From: Callorhinchus milii
Lineage: Eukaryota
DNA length: 64,000 nucleotides
NCBI RefSeq assembly: GCF_018977255.1
Contig: NW_024704743.1
Span: 41,356,001-41,420,000 of the forward strand
Direction of reading: 5' to 3'
The translations under genes were made by a program, and so were the position numbers. The notes under the pieces were generated by a model, which saw only the letters and a list, made by a program, of their open reading frames with translations, did not search any database and was not told the DNA's origin. Below are positions 35,076 to 48,166 of this stretch, piece after piece (position 1 is the stretch's first letter; each line of letters starts with the position of its first letter).

Positions 35076-36989
35076 TAAACATTCAATGTCATACGACAGA
35101 CTATGACAGTTACCACAGCTTTGGACTTTCCAGTGCTTGAGATACTTCCAGTCAATGGCAGTTTATGGGTGAATTCCACTTTCCTCCTCCACTTTATGAA
35201 AATAGCTTGGGCCCAAACCCATTAGCAGTGCCTTTCTACCTACAGAGCTGCTTCTAGAGTACCAATTTATATCAACTTTTAAACAACGGCTTATATTGTA
35301 CTCATTCAATTCATTAAGCCTATGACATGAGGTAAGTTATTAGTTGTTCAGATTGTAACTGCAATTTTATATTTTAAAAAATCTACCTTTTTATAATGAA
35401 TGAATTAACAAAGGCAGATTTCACCCAATACAGTATTTTGTTCAACATTTTAGGCACGTAGTTAAGATGAATTATTTTTAGGGACAAATTACAGTCCTAA
35501 ACTTCTCATGTGAATGAAATTCATGTCACCTCAGGTCAGTTGGAGAAGATGGGGCAATTATACCTTCTAATTGTTTTTTGGTAAGATGAGTGTCTGGCAG
35601 ATTCTGAAACCCATCACCCATCCAAACCAAACTGAGAGATCCATGCATCTGACCTATACTTGGAAATTCCAGGTATGTTTATTGGAATGGAATGTGCAAT
35701 CTCTCCTTGCGGAGGAAGCAATTATGGAAATTTTTAGGCACAAGTTGGCAAGAGTCAAGGCTTGGGGACCCCAGAGGTACCGCTGGAGTCCAACCAGCTA
35801 AACTTGCACAGCTTGCCACTGAGAGCATTGCCCAGCAAGCTTTCCCTTGCTTGTCCAGCTAGGACCACCCTACCTGTTTGGGCTTTGGCATGCAGGGTTA
35901 ATAGGAGTTGATTGAGAAGAGTCTCTGTCCACAATGACTGGTCTGTCCTTCCAAGTCCTGCTGATGAGGCAGCCTTGCTGTGCTGTCGTCATCAGTGCTC
36001 TGGAAAACTGTGGACCATCCTCAGGTACTGGATTACCAAGACCGACACAAAGGATGGGCTCGATTTTGACATTCCATTGCAAAACATGTCACCTTGGAGG
36101 CAGTTCAACTCCAAGGAAACCCTGCTTACCTCCCCCTGCCCCCCCACAGAAGATGGTCAACAGTTGGTCATTTGACATCTGACAAGCGGCATTTGAGCTC
36201 CCACTCCCTGCGAGCTTTCTGTGTACAATACAGTTCAGCATGAAATACCTGAGAGCATTGCCATCATCTTCCTTTCCACAGCTCACCCACACACCCCTTC
36301 CCTGTTGTAGCTTAAGCAGCTGCTTAGCTCTCTGGAAGCCAATCAGAGTTCAAGGCGCTAGATGTACGAACTCATGTTCACAAACTCGGATTCCACTTAA
36401 CGCCTTCCAGCAGCTGTCACCCCAAACCTTCATTATTCCTTTTAACTGTGGCTGAAGAGGTTTAATGGCTAAACAAACTCTCCGACATCTGCTGTGGAAC
36501 TGTCCCAGTGTGACAGAGGAAACTCTAAGAATAGTGCTGTCCTACGTGTCTCTGGATTAAAGTCATGTATAATGAATGTTATGCTAAACAATCCGTAAAG
36601 AACATACGGGAGTCACTGTGTGTCTTGGAGAAAAGTGTGAAAATATGACATTGCATACCAGGTTTGATCATTATTGAATGTGTTGTTGAATCTTGCATGA
36701 AACATTGCATTTTACACCCCAATATTTCCAAAACCTATTTCCATAATTAAACTATTTTATCAGAAAATCTATAAAGCAGTAATTCAAAGATATGAAACAA
36801 AAATGTTTGCATACAATTAAACTATAGATTAGTCAACAACAGCTTACAATTGCAGAATTAAGCTCTCATTAGATAGTTAGTTAGTGCCAGGAATGTCCCC
36901 AAGAGCTGAACATAGAAATATGTAAAACATAAGATTCACACCACCATATTCAGGACATAGCCAGGACACACACTGCAATTTATTGAATA

Positions 36990-37560
36990 CGATCTCAACA
37001 CTAATAGTTGGAGCTGTTATTGTCGGTGGTGATTGACTTCCTCATAGTGTCTGTCACTGCTGCACAAATCTTCTGCCTTGTCTCCTCAAGTACCTTGGGG
37101 TACAGTTCATCTTTCCCAGGGGATATGTTGGTTATCAGCCATATAAGCATTTCTGGAACCTTAGTGTCATTCATGTCAAAGTCCTAGAGCTTAAGCAAAG
37201 TTTGGTGGTTGTTGGAGGTGGGGGAGGGGCGAAGGGTATAACTTTAGTGTCTTCCTGGTAAAAATCTCCAGGAAAGTAGTTGTTTATTATGTTTGTTACC
37301 CCCTGTTTGTTCTCTTTTTCAATCCCTTAGGATATTAACATCTTCCCTAATTACCCTCTTATTGTTATAATATTGAAAGAACGTTTGGCTATTATGTTTT
37401 CAATTTGCTGCTATGTCCTTTTCCAATTCTCTGTTGACTCCCCTATTCATCTTTACTGCTGCCAATGCAGAGCAAATCTTATTCATGTTTGGAAGATCTT
37501 TGTCTCTCTGTTGCAACACCCTTACATTCTGAACATCCTCAGAACTGGGGATTATACATC
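36990..37560 (-). mobile_element. CR1 ORF2 internal fragment
   Basis: Minus frames RELEKDIAAN..HNSQTFFQYYNNKR and TNISPGKDELYPKVLEE correspond to the CR1 KSPGPDGI.PRVLKE region. Confidence 0.75.
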
Positions 37561-38369
37561 ATTTGTCTGCTCTCTGTCCAAATCTATCTATATCAATCTA
37601 CAATAATTCAACCACTATTTTTCAGAGGGACATTAACCACTCCGCACAATACAGCATCAAAAGCAAAGAGAACAGCATTATTTTTGCTGACAACAACAAA
37701 GTTGAAAATGAGAAACAAATTAACAAATTAAGACTGAGAATATTTCTGTGAGGGACTCCATTACATACGTTCTAATACAAAGTTTAGCTTCAATAACTAT
37801 AACCCAGTACTTGTTCTTTTGAAATAAAAGGTATCATTTTAACAGCTGACTAGATGAGGCACGAGAAGACACTACTTCAGTGAAACTGTGTGGTTATGAT
37901 TTACGCACATCTGAAGAATTGTCAAAGGCTAATACTCTGTACTCTGTACTGAAATTGAAAATACTTAATTTGGCGCTGTCAGATTCAGAGGCTGCAAAAT
38001 GTAAGCAATTAGCTCTTAAGGGCAATTGGCAACCAGATAACAGGTTGGAATGACAAATATTGCAAAAGCTTTTGATTCACTACAGTGTCCGTGAACTTGG
38101 CGTAGTTGGAAGTTAGAATACTGCTCTCTAATTATTGTGTCTAGCTTTGATCCTTCCTTGCTCACAGACATGATCATGAATGAATATTTAAGCCGATAGG
38201 TGGGAAGACATACAGGTTGTTTGCATTTTTTGTCTTAAAGCTTTTGACAAGGGACAGACCACAATGAGCTTCAAATAAGGTCCTGTGTAGTTCGTCTTGA
38301 GTGAAGTTAGAAAATACAGGTGGGAAAAAAAAGCAAATTCCAATGCAATTTATAATTTATATAATGACC

Positions 38370-38530
38370 AAACAAATAACATAAGTTATATGGTGCCTTT
38401 CACGTGGGGAATATTTTTTAAAACTCTTCACACAACTGGCTGGCCACCTGATCCGGGGCAGTGGGAGATCCGATGGTGGTGAGGGGGGAAGCATAACCAA
38501 AAACGTAGTCAAAGAGGCAAGTCTTGAAGC
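38370..38530 (-). mobile_element. L2 3' tail
   Basis: TTATATGGTGCCTTTCACGTGGG...GTAGTCAAAGAGG. Confidence 0.55.
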
Positions 38531-39337
38531 AACTGAATTACTAAGGGCCATCATTATCCTTCAAAAGATTTTCGCAATGTCTGCTCCCCTTGTTTACAAA
38601 TAAACTACTCAATGCCATAACAGTCAGGAACCAGTTTAATTATAAATCTTTAATAGATTCACTAAATATAATCCAAAAAGTTGAGACATTGTATCTTTCA
38701 TGAAATAAAAAAAGATATTTGCAATTGTCTTATAAATTATACAAAACAATTTATACTTATATACTGCCTTTCACGGAAGTACATCCCAAAGAGGTTGACA
38801 ATAAAACAAAACTTAATCATTGAAAAGCTTCCTTCTAGGTACAAGAGCTTTATTTGATATAATTGATTTTGGCACTTTTGTAAGATTCAGAAGAAAAATA
38901 CAATGTTTCATGCCTACAAAATGCACATTCACTACACTTTAAAGTAAATCCTGTGAAGCACTTTGAAATGTCATCCTGACACGAAAGGTGCTATATCAAA
39001 TGTAATGATTAATTATTATGATTATTGGATAAGTGGAGGTTGTTCGAATCTGTTATACAATAGACCATTTTCACTCTATTAATCCAAACATTTTTCCTTT
39101 ATTCTTGTTAGCAATTAGGTTTGTGTACTTTTTGAGGTATGTCGCAGCTGCATTATTTAAAAATCTATAAGGTTACAAATTGCAATGTGTGATGTGTTAA
39201 TCAACAACTATTTGAAGGATACAACTAAAGTAGTTAGGATCTTTAACCTCCATCTAAATCTCCGCTCATTTGAGAGAATGACAGTGCAACTCTTCCCAAA
39301 CATGCACAGTAATGTCAGCCTGCACTGTGAACTCAAG

Positions 39338-39510
39338 TAATAATAATAATAATCCTTGCATTTGATATAGTGCCTTATCACGTCGTCGAGACAACACAAA
39401 TCGTATCACAGAATGTATTGCAAAGTGGATTGACTGTATTTTGTGGGCGAAACACAACAGCCAATCGTGCACAGCAGTGTCTCACAAACAGTCGTGGATT
39501 GAGTGACCAA
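39338..39510 (-). mobile_element. Young SINE 3' half
   Basis: (TAA)nTCCTTGCATTTGATATAG...CAAACAGTCGTGGATTGAGTGACC. Confidence 0.85.
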
Positions 39511-40474
39511 ATTAATTAATTTATTTTGCTTTTACGCACATAGGTGTTGAACCCACAGTCTTCTGACTGAGAAGCGAGAGTGTTACCTATAGAGCCAGAA
39601 CTGACCTACAGAATCATGGGGAGAAATCTGCCAACCATTCGTGTATTCGTGTATTTTCAAATGGATGTCCTTAAACTCTGGCAATTTATACATTGTAAAA
39701 ACGCCACCATGTTTAGTTTTTTTGATAACAGAGTACAGATTCCTGAATTGTGTAATAGTCTTTGGCTCTCATTATAATGTAATTGAGAAACAAAAACTGT
39801 TAAATACTGGCATTAATCATTCGCGAACAGCATTCCTATAGTGGTACTAATTGAATTATGGTCAAAAGTCCAGAATCAAAAATTTATTAATTTGCCTAAC
39901 ATTATCTTTTATTTAGAATTGAAAGAAGAGCATAAATAAATGTCCTTACTTTCAACTTGTATCACAAAATTCAAAGCACAAAGCAGTGTTGCAATGTTCA
40001 GAAGTTATTAATTAGATGAACAACACGATTTGTTTGTATCTTGTACTTCTTTATATTCCTATCAGCCACCTGAACACCATTTTTTGTCACTGACAGGGTC
40101 ATGATAAATGCCTTGCACTGAGTAGAAGAAAGTAAATAGCTTTCATACTTGTTTGAACAACTGCCAGACCTGGTACAAATTATTAGTTAGTAAACAGAAA
40201 ATTATGATATTGTTTTGGATTGAGTTCAGAAATTTCCTTTAAATGTAGCAAATGGAGATGCAGTTGAATAAATTACCAATTTGCTCCATTAAGATCAGTA
40301 TAGATGTTATGCAGTGGTTTAGGCAAGAATTGCAACTCCAGCAGTTTAAATATGTCTGAAGATGAATGATTGCCTCTCGGAAACACAAAAGGTTCAAGGG
40401 CAATGGTGGAACTTGAGCTCATAGTTTAGACTGATACACAAGTGTGGTGCTGGAGGTGTACTCTGTTGAAAATG

Positions 40475-40830
40475 CTATCACAAGATAACAAGATTGGTCT
40501 GGATGAAGACCCTTTGGCTCATCCAATCTCTTCCCTCTAGAACACCCATCTCAGCCATCCCACAACCACTCTCCTCATCAAGTAGCTTTTTAAATGAGTC
40601 TCGTGTCCTGGTCTATGCCACCTGTTCCAGTTGTTGATTACCTTCTAGGTAAGAAAAAACATCCTGGAATCTGTTCTGAAATTGTCTTTTACAATTCTAA
40701 ATCTATGTCCCATTGTTCTATTTTCTTGATATATCCTAAAGTATTAATCTGGGTTTATTTTTTCAATCCTGTTTAAAATTTTGAACACCTTTAAAAGGTT
40801 ACCTTCTCTCAAGACTGAAGTGCACTAGAT
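40475..40830 (-). mobile_element. CR1 3' end
   Basis: AAGATTGGTCTGGATGAAGACCCT matches the reverse complement of the tail at 63950-63985. Confidence 0.7.
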
Positions 40831-40884
40831 GACTAATTATTACTCATAGTTCAATTCTCGCCCACAGGGGATTATGGAGCATGT

Positions 40885-41675
40885 ACAGAACCTTGGTGTC
40901 TTGTTCGAACTCAACTGTGCTTTAAACCCCACATCCATGACATAACCCATTCTGTCTTCCCCCACTCCACAACGTTGTCCATCTCTGCCACAATCTCCCC
41001 TCTCAGGCCACCGGGACCCTCACTCATGCTTGCATAACATCCAGACTTGACTATGCCAACTCACTGCTCCCTTCCCAACTCTTCCCTTCAGAAACTGCAC
41101 ATTATTTGGAACTCTACAGTTCATGTACTGTCCCCTACTATGCTTCATGAACCAATCACCCCCATCGTCACCCTACTTTACTGGCACCCCCTTCCCCTAG
41201 AGGATCAAGTTTAAAATCCTTGTCCTCAAATTTAATGTCCTCAAAAGTCTTGCTCCACCGCTGCCCCTGTCACCTCCTAAAAGCTTACCAACCTATCCTC
41301 TTCCACTGCTCGGCGGGTACTGGCCTGTCCACGTAACATGCCATGCCTGCTCCACCATCGGAGATCAGGTCATTAGTCTTTCTGCACACAGCCTTTGGAA
41401 CTCCAGCCCAGAGCCCCCACAACCCTCTCTCCACAACCCCACCGCCCACTCCCCTCCCTTGTCTCCTGCAAGGCTCTTCTCAAGATCTTCCGCTTCAAAC
41501 TGCCTTTGGTCATCTTCCCACCATGCAACCCCCCCACCCCTCCCCCCACACCTCACTATTGCCCTCCACCTTCATGACTCCATCCCACAGCTCGGGTGCA
41601 AACCATTTGCTATCCAGCACCTTGAGACATTCTCCCAATATGAAAAACACTTTACTAATGTAATTTATTGTTGTA
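40885..41675 (+). mobile_element. L2 LINE 3' portion
   Basis: AACCTTGGTGTC (NLGV), CCAGACTTGACTATGCCAAC (RLDYAN), ATCAAGTTTAAAATCCTT (IKFKIL), and tail. Confidence 0.85.
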
Positions 41676-41699
41676 TTATTCTCGTTCTCCTCTGAACAG

Positions 41700-41865
41700 T
41701 CTCTGGGGTCTGGGGCTTATATCCCTGTGATCAGAACTGTTTGCAGTATTTGAGGTGTGGTCTGACCTGAGCACTGTACAGCCTCCTCAATGGTATATGA
41801 GGATCTAAACTCAACTGATCAACTAACATAGACCACCTTGAATGTAGCCCAGTAATCTGTTTGCC
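41700..41865 (-). mobile_element. CR1 RT C-terminal fragment
   Basis: Minus ORF LYSAQVRPHLKYCKQF resembles CR1 LY..LVRPHLEYCVQFW. Confidence 0.75.
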
Positions 41866-41869
41866 TTGT

Positions 41870-42100
41870 GTATTGCTGTCCTTTGGATAAGATGTTAAAC
41901 CTGAGCCCATCCGCCTGTTCAGATGAACATTAAAGATCCCATGGCACAGTTTGGAAAGTGAAGCGAGTGTCTCTTGATGATTGGGAGCCAAGGCTTTGAT
42001 GAATGGAATGCTGTTTTCTTATTCCAAGCTTTTTATATTTCAAGCGCTCTGGGACACTACCCGGTGTGAAGAGTGCTATGTAAATGCAATTTGTTGGTGT
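41870..42100 (+). mobile_element. DeuSINE fragment plus L2-type tail
   Basis: GATGTTAAACCTGAG...GAACATTAAAGATCCCATGGCAC. Confidence 0.7.
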
Positions 42101-42254
42101 CACATTATCCGAGATTTTTGGTTATCTGTTAATCACAGAAAAGGATTGAGGTGGGGTGGGGGGGGCACTGGGTTATAAAGAAAGATTATTTAAAACAAAC
42201 TCTAGAAAAGATGGGGAAGAACTCAATGTCATGAAAAACATAAAGAGAAAATCC

Positions 42255-42600
42255 ACAACAGCAACAACAACCTGCATTCATATAGCACCTGTCACGCAGG
42301 ATAGTATCTTGGAACGCTTAACAATAGTATAGTTTGACCCTGAGCCAGGGAGAAAGCAGAGGTGACCGCAGATACAGTCAAAGAGGAAAGGCTTCTGGTG
42401 CAATCTGGAGACGGGCAAAGAGGAGGCAAAGTGGAAGGACTGAGACACGATATTCCAGAGCTTAAGGGTGCAGTAGCTGAACATATAGCCACCGATGGTG
42501 AAGCAGAAGGGACGATGGACATATAGAAGGCTAGAGTCGGCTGAGTGAATGGGGCAAGTAGAGGATTGGGGTGTGAGTAGACAGCAAAAGTCCAACAGCA
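42255..42600 (-). mobile_element. L2 3' end
   Basis: (CAA)nCCTGCATTCATATAGCACC; minus ORF TIGGYMFSYCTLKLWN. Confidence 0.8.
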
Positions 42601-42899
42601 AGATTTACATGTAAATTCTTAATATGTAGGTACAGCACCTTAATTCTTGTGTTTGTTGGGCATATTCCTAAAAGTAGTCACCTTGAATAAAAATATCTTT
42701 ATGATCGATTGTTTTCATTCTTGGCTGTATCCTGTCTGACACACACAAACAGGAAAAGTAAAAGAAAATAATTCAAATGACAGTAACAGCCTGACCTGTG
42801 TCTGAAACAAAGAGGTAGAAAAAAATGATAGTGAAAATGATGTGAAGCTCAGTAGACAGGGGATTGGGAGGCAGCTAATATAATTCCAAGCTTCTAAAA

Positions 42900-43500
42900 G
42901 GTTGCAAGCATAACCCAGGGAATTATGGGCTTCTCTGCTTGACACCTATACTGGGGAAATATTGGAGTATTACGATGAAAGCATTTCAAGATCATCGAGA
43001 AAGAGTAAAGGCAATAAATCCAAACCATTGTAGGTTTATGAAAGGCAGGTCATGCCTATCCAATTTATTGAATTTCTTTGAGGATGTAAGAAGTTGGTGG
43101 ATATTATATTGCTTGTCTCTGAATCTCCTGTGACCTTACAGCTAAAGCAAGGCCTCCTGGGATCCATAGTAGAACTGAAAATCAGGTCATTAACTTGCTA
43201 AATAGAAAATAGAGAGTAGTTATCAATTATAATAGTTTTAATTTATTCTTATTTTAGGAAAAATGGCCAGAGCTTTGACCTCTGCTATTTATGATGGTTA
43301 TTACTAAGCTCAAATACATGATACCATAACTGGAATATCCAAGCATATAAGTGACATCAAATAGAAATGAGAATGCTGCGAAGAGACTGATATTGGTCAA
43401 TGAGGTTTAAAAGCTAGTAAGGAGGAAGAATAATCTATTTGAAGTACTCTCGCTCTGTCAGAAAATAATAAAGAGTAGAAGTATATTTATCAATATAATT
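42900..43500 (+). mobile_element. CR1 RT domain fragment
   Basis: NPGNY..L.LT..GK and RFMKGRSCLSNLLNFFEDV, the CR1 GF..GRSC.TNLL.FFE motif. Confidence 0.8.
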
Positions 43501-43559
43501 AAAATGTCGTAGAAAGTCTCCTCATCTCCCAGGTCTCGCCTGCAGTTTCACTGAAGAAA

Positions 43560-43872
43560 AGCCATGTAATTTTATATTCTTGCAAATACACAATCACTAC
43601 ACTTAACAGGAATTACATGTGAAATGATTTGAGACAGCTTGACTATATAGGTGTTATATCAAATCCACAGATGATGATGATGATTATTATTGTTTACTTC
43701 AAAAAGTGTCAATGCTTCAGACTGACCTGAAAATCAATCTGCAGTTGGCTGTAGGCAGATAAAGGCACTGAATATACAGCCAATTCACTTTACGGTATAT
43801 TCTGTGATGAGTTTTGAGACATCTTAATGATGTGATAAGGCGCTATATCAAATGCAAGGATTATTATTATTA
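43560..43872 (+). mobile_element. Two SINE 3' tails
   Basis: TTATATCAAATCCACAGATGAT and GCGCTATATCAAATGCAAGG(ATT)n. Confidence 0.75.
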
Positions 43873-45100
43873 CAAACAAGTCGCTAGCATTAAAAACAGA
43901 AATAATCTGTCTTCTTACCTGACCATATTGGGAAAAGCAAACATAAGAACACAAGTGCACAGAATTGCTGTAACTGAGACATTTTGTTGATTGAGAGAGC
44001 AGTCGTTAATATGTGCTACAAAAGTTGCTGCACCGTACCCTGAAACTTACCTATTATTTGTAATCATAAACATTCCTGCATGTTTTATGCTGCGTGAAGG
44101 GTCTAAACTATAATTGTAGTACAAGTCATATATTAAAGAATTGTCTCGTATATTAGCTCTCGCTGGAATAGCGTTTCTTACTGTTAGTGCACAATGACTG
44201 CAACAGGAACATGTGTTTTATTATGTATTAATTGCTGCTCATTCCACTTTGGCCTGTAAAATAATCTACTTTCTATTTTCCAACAATTCGACTTTGGCTC
44301 ATGATTTGTTGGTCGTAAAGATAATTACCAGCCATTTTGTGTTCCTTACCACAAAATGATGTCCATTTTACTTTGGCAGTATGCTCTTCTTCGAAGAAAA
44401 AAGTCAAACTAAAGCAGTATTGAGTGGGATAAATTATGTGGTTTATTTCCTATGAGTTATATGAATCTTTCTGGATAAAAGATTACTTGCCTGAAAAAAA
44501 TTATTGCAGTGTTTCAGGAGCCGGCTGCAATCTATTACAGACACAGCCATTATTCTGTCATCGTCTAATGGCAGCTCCTTTATTCATTGTTCCAAGGTCA
44601 ATTACATTGCAGTTTCTAAAATGTGGGAATACTTTTTGAGTTGTATTTTAAATGGTCGGCAGCTTTCATTCGCTTTCAAAGGTAATATGCCAAGGTCATT
44701 CTATTTTGCCATATTATATTTGCCAGCAAAAATGAAGTGAATTTCTGGAGAGATACCTGTTCTTAAAATATTTCACTTGAAAAGACCATCTAAAAACATG
44801 TTTTCTATTGTGGTCAAATAAATGCTCTCCTATAGAGGTACATTGTAATCCCCTGCTATTCATCAATGAAAACTGGAGCTCGAATAATCCTCAAAACATA
44901 ATCATTTTGAATAGTAAATGCAACGAAAGTGAAATAAATAAATACAATATCCTTAGTCATTTTCGCTTGTTTACTGCATGTTGGTAAACCTGAAAAAAAA
45001 ACCTCAGGATTTGAATAGAAGACAGTGTAGGCCTTCATATGCTCCAGGAAAAGTCAGGGATAATATTTTGGAGGCTCAGACTGAAAATAACAGTAAACAA

Positions 45101-45170
45101 TGAACTATAAAACTAGCTCACTCTGAACTATAGGACAAACCCACTCTGAACTGTAAGACTAACCCATCTC
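45101..45170. repeat. 23-bp minisatellite, 3 copies
   Basis: TGAACTATAAAACTAGCTCACTC / TGAACTATAGGACAAACCCACTC / TGAACTGTAAGACTAACCCATCTC. Confidence 0.8.
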
Positions 45171-45439
45171 TTGTGATTTTAAAGTGATTTTATTGTGTGG
45201 ATTTGACAAACTAGTCCAATGTACTTTTACATTTGTTGAAAACCTCTGGCAAGATACAGACAGTTTAAAATTTGAATATATACATAATAATATATGCCCG
45301 CCTTATCACATTGTTGAGATGTACTTCGAAAGGTTCATTGTTAATTTTTTACCTCACTAAATTTGGAACATAAAGTAAAGTTATAAATAATCATACAGTG
45401 CATTTGATATAGCACCTCGTCAGGTCAAAATGCCTTAAA

Positions 45440-45730
45440 GCACTAATGTAGATGAAATGTTAAAACAAGGTCCCATGTGCTTGTTCAAGTGAATGTTAAT
45501 GATCCCATGGCATTGTAAGAAAAAAAAGAGATTCTCTCACTATCATGGCCAATAATCCCCCAGATAAAAGTAATCATTGACTTCATAGTTGTTTGTGGGA
45601 CATTGGTCTGTGAAAATTGGCTACCTACATAAAATATGCAGTCACTGTATTCTACAGTAAATCCTGTAAGGTGATTTGAGACATTCTGATGATGTGATAC
45701 GATGCTATATCAAATGCAACGGGTTTTATT
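45440..45730 (+). mobile_element. DeuSINE
   Basis: GATCCCATGGCA...TTTGTGGGACATT...AAATTGGCTAC...GCTATATCAAATGCAA. Confidence 0.8.
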
Positions 45731-46289
45731 AATGACTAGAACTGGTGACTAGGAAAGATCGTTAAGGCCAAGGCGATGGACTTACTTAAGAAGCAACTTA
45801 ATGCTTGAGTATGGTATGATGATCATTCTGGAAAGATGAGAGCAAATCCAATGAGGACTTTCTTCAGCCAAACCTTTTTATGATCTTATAAGTTGCAACT
45901 CATGATTCCTGCAGATGTGTCTGAGAGTGATTCCCCTAGCATTGTGTTCAGGTGTCAATCTCAACTTCAGTGAAGCAATGTTGCAGTCAAAGGAGACTCC
46001 TGGTGCCCAGCCGCACATCAACTTCAATCTACCAAGATCTATGAAGGGTCAGCCTCAGACAATTTTGGGTACTGGCAGGATTTGTTTGTTACAAATGTTT
46101 AGAACACTTAGTATAATTCGGACGCTCTTAAGCTTGGTGATGAGTTTCTGCATTTGTCAGACACCCGGTTGACAAAAACAAATTAATTTGTGAATCTCGC
46201 AAATTTAGATCCGCAATTACTGCTGTATTCTATTCATAAACATTGTTGCACTAGCCATGACCTGAATGCAGTATCTTGTATTTCAGCAT

Positions 46290-46640
46290 CCAATTTCCTC
46301 TTCGCCTCATGGCAATTATTGTTGGCAGATCCCTGAATACATGCTTCATACCTCCTCTGGGGATCACATGCCCTTCTTTCTACATTTTGAGAGTGACAGA
46401 TGGTACCCCAACAGCTATTGCAGTCTAACCAAATATCTATTCCCTTTAGTCACCTGGCTAAGGACCAAGTTGAACACAATGTCAGAGTTGAAACAATTTT
46501 ATCTATCAGTTTGTCAAGAAAAATGACACTTTTTTCTCAAATATTTCATCATGTCGCCCTCAGAAAAACATCACAATACAACACCAAAATACATATGTAA
46601 GACAGCTTCTGGTCCCTTCATCACAAAAAGATGACCTACA
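46290..46640 (-). mobile_element. Decayed RTE-like LINE C-terminal relic (uncertain)
   Basis: Minus frames LSQVTKGNRYLVRLQ*LLG and EGHVIPRGGMKHVFRD resemble RTE W.GHV.R...LL.G...G.RPRGG..KR.KD. Confidence 0.35.
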
Positions 46641-47514
46641 TCAGTGATGTTCTGGGAATGAAATGCACTCTATGCAGTAACTTCACCTGAACTGGTTTCA
46701 TTCACGAAAGGTATTTTCTCGTATAAATATTTCAAACTATAACCATGCTAGGAATTTCCATTTAATTTCCTCTCCATGTACTCACTATGCTTTGAAGCTG
46801 AAGGCATTCAAATTGCTGAGAGTTAAAGAGGCCAAACTTGAAATTTCTGAAATTAGATAAAATTAATATCTGTCATTTATATAACGTTCTTTCATACATG
46901 ACTTATGGTTCCCATATTCTACCAAACTACAAATAACCAGAAATAAGAACAGTATGAAACAATTGACATCATGCAAAATCTTCCACTAATTAAATGTATG
47001 TGTAAAGGTTTGCAACAGAAAACAAAATGCAGTATGTCATGATGATTACCAGTGATAATTATCATGTCACATATCAAATTCCATCCCCACTCTCAAAAAA
47101 ATGTAATGACATGTCACTGTATTTCCTGATATACAATACATGAAATAATAAATTGATTCCAGTATTTGATTAACAGAAATAGAGATTAGAGCCCATTGCA
47201 AAATAATAATAATCATTACATTTAAAATATTGCTTTTCACATCGCGAAGACGTCCCAAAGTGCTTAACAGGAAAAGTACAATGACTGTGTGCTTTCTGGA
47301 GGGCTGAGAAAGCTGGTGCCTGAGAATCCAAGCTTCCATCTCTGCAGAAAACATAAGGAAGAATGGAAGACTTTACGGAATCATTGATTAGCATGAAATG
47401 TCAAATTGTGATCCATACAATGGTTTCAATGGGAAATCAGACATCAGGTTGGAATTGTCAACTAGCCTGTTGCAAAGTAACTTTGAGCTTTCAAATTGAG
47501 CACAAACTTTTTGG

Positions 47515-47850
47515 CAATGTAATAATAATCCTTGCATTTGATATTATGCCTTAACATGTCATCAAAATGTTTCAAAGCAGTTCATGGGATTTTACTGTAT
47601 TGTAGGAAAACACTGCAGCCAATTTGAGCACCGCCATGTCCTACAAACTGCCATGAGGTTAATGTCAAATTTTATTTAATTTCATTTTGGGGATTATTGG
47701 CTAGGACACAGGGAGAAACTCCTTTTTTGTTTCAAAAAGTGTCATGGGTACTTTAATATCCACCTGAAAAGGCAGACACTTTGGTTTTAACACCTTATCG
47801 AAAGGATGGCATTTCTGACCATCCAGTGGAACCCCAGGATTGCATTGGAG
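47515..47850 (-). mobile_element. DeuSINE
   Basis: Tail at 47520; GCAGCCAATTT; TTGGCTAGGACACAGGGAGAAACTCC; CCACCTGAAAAGGCAGAC. Confidence 0.8.
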
Positions 47851-47869
47851 CGCACAATGATGGGGGAAC

Positions 47870-48090
47870 ACTGTCCTTCAGATGATATGTTAAACCGAAG
47901 ACCCACTTGCTTGTTCAGGTGAATGTTAAAAATCTCAGGCCTGTGCTTAGAAAGAGGAGGGAGTTTCTCCCAATGTCCTGACATTGCTATGCGCAAATTG
48001 GCTACCATGTTCATCTTCAAAATATACAGTAACTACAGTAAATCGTTGAATACTTCCCATGATAAAGTACTATATCAAATGGCCAAAGTG
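47870..48090 (+). mobile_element. DeuSINE, head-to-head with the previous copy
   Basis: GTTAAACCGA...TTCAGGTGAATGTTAAA...GGGAGTTTCTCCC...GCGCAAATTGGCTACC. Confidence 0.8.
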
Positions 48091-48166
48091 ATATATACAA
48101 CATATGTTGCATATATATGTTGTATATACACACACACATATATATATAATATATGTTGTATATGTT
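48090..48166. repeat. TA/CA-rich simple repeat with inverted symmetry
   Basis: ATATACAACATAT...ATATGTTGTATAT. Confidence 0.7.

Noticed and set aside
45101..45170. Short periodic repeat as a CRISPR or iteron array
   Set aside because: Contiguous minisatellite without unique spacers.
46266..46526. Plus-strand ORF with faint Harbinger-like FPLVTWLRT
   Set aside because: Catalytic DDE motifs are absent, and the minus strand fits a decayed RTE C-terminus better.
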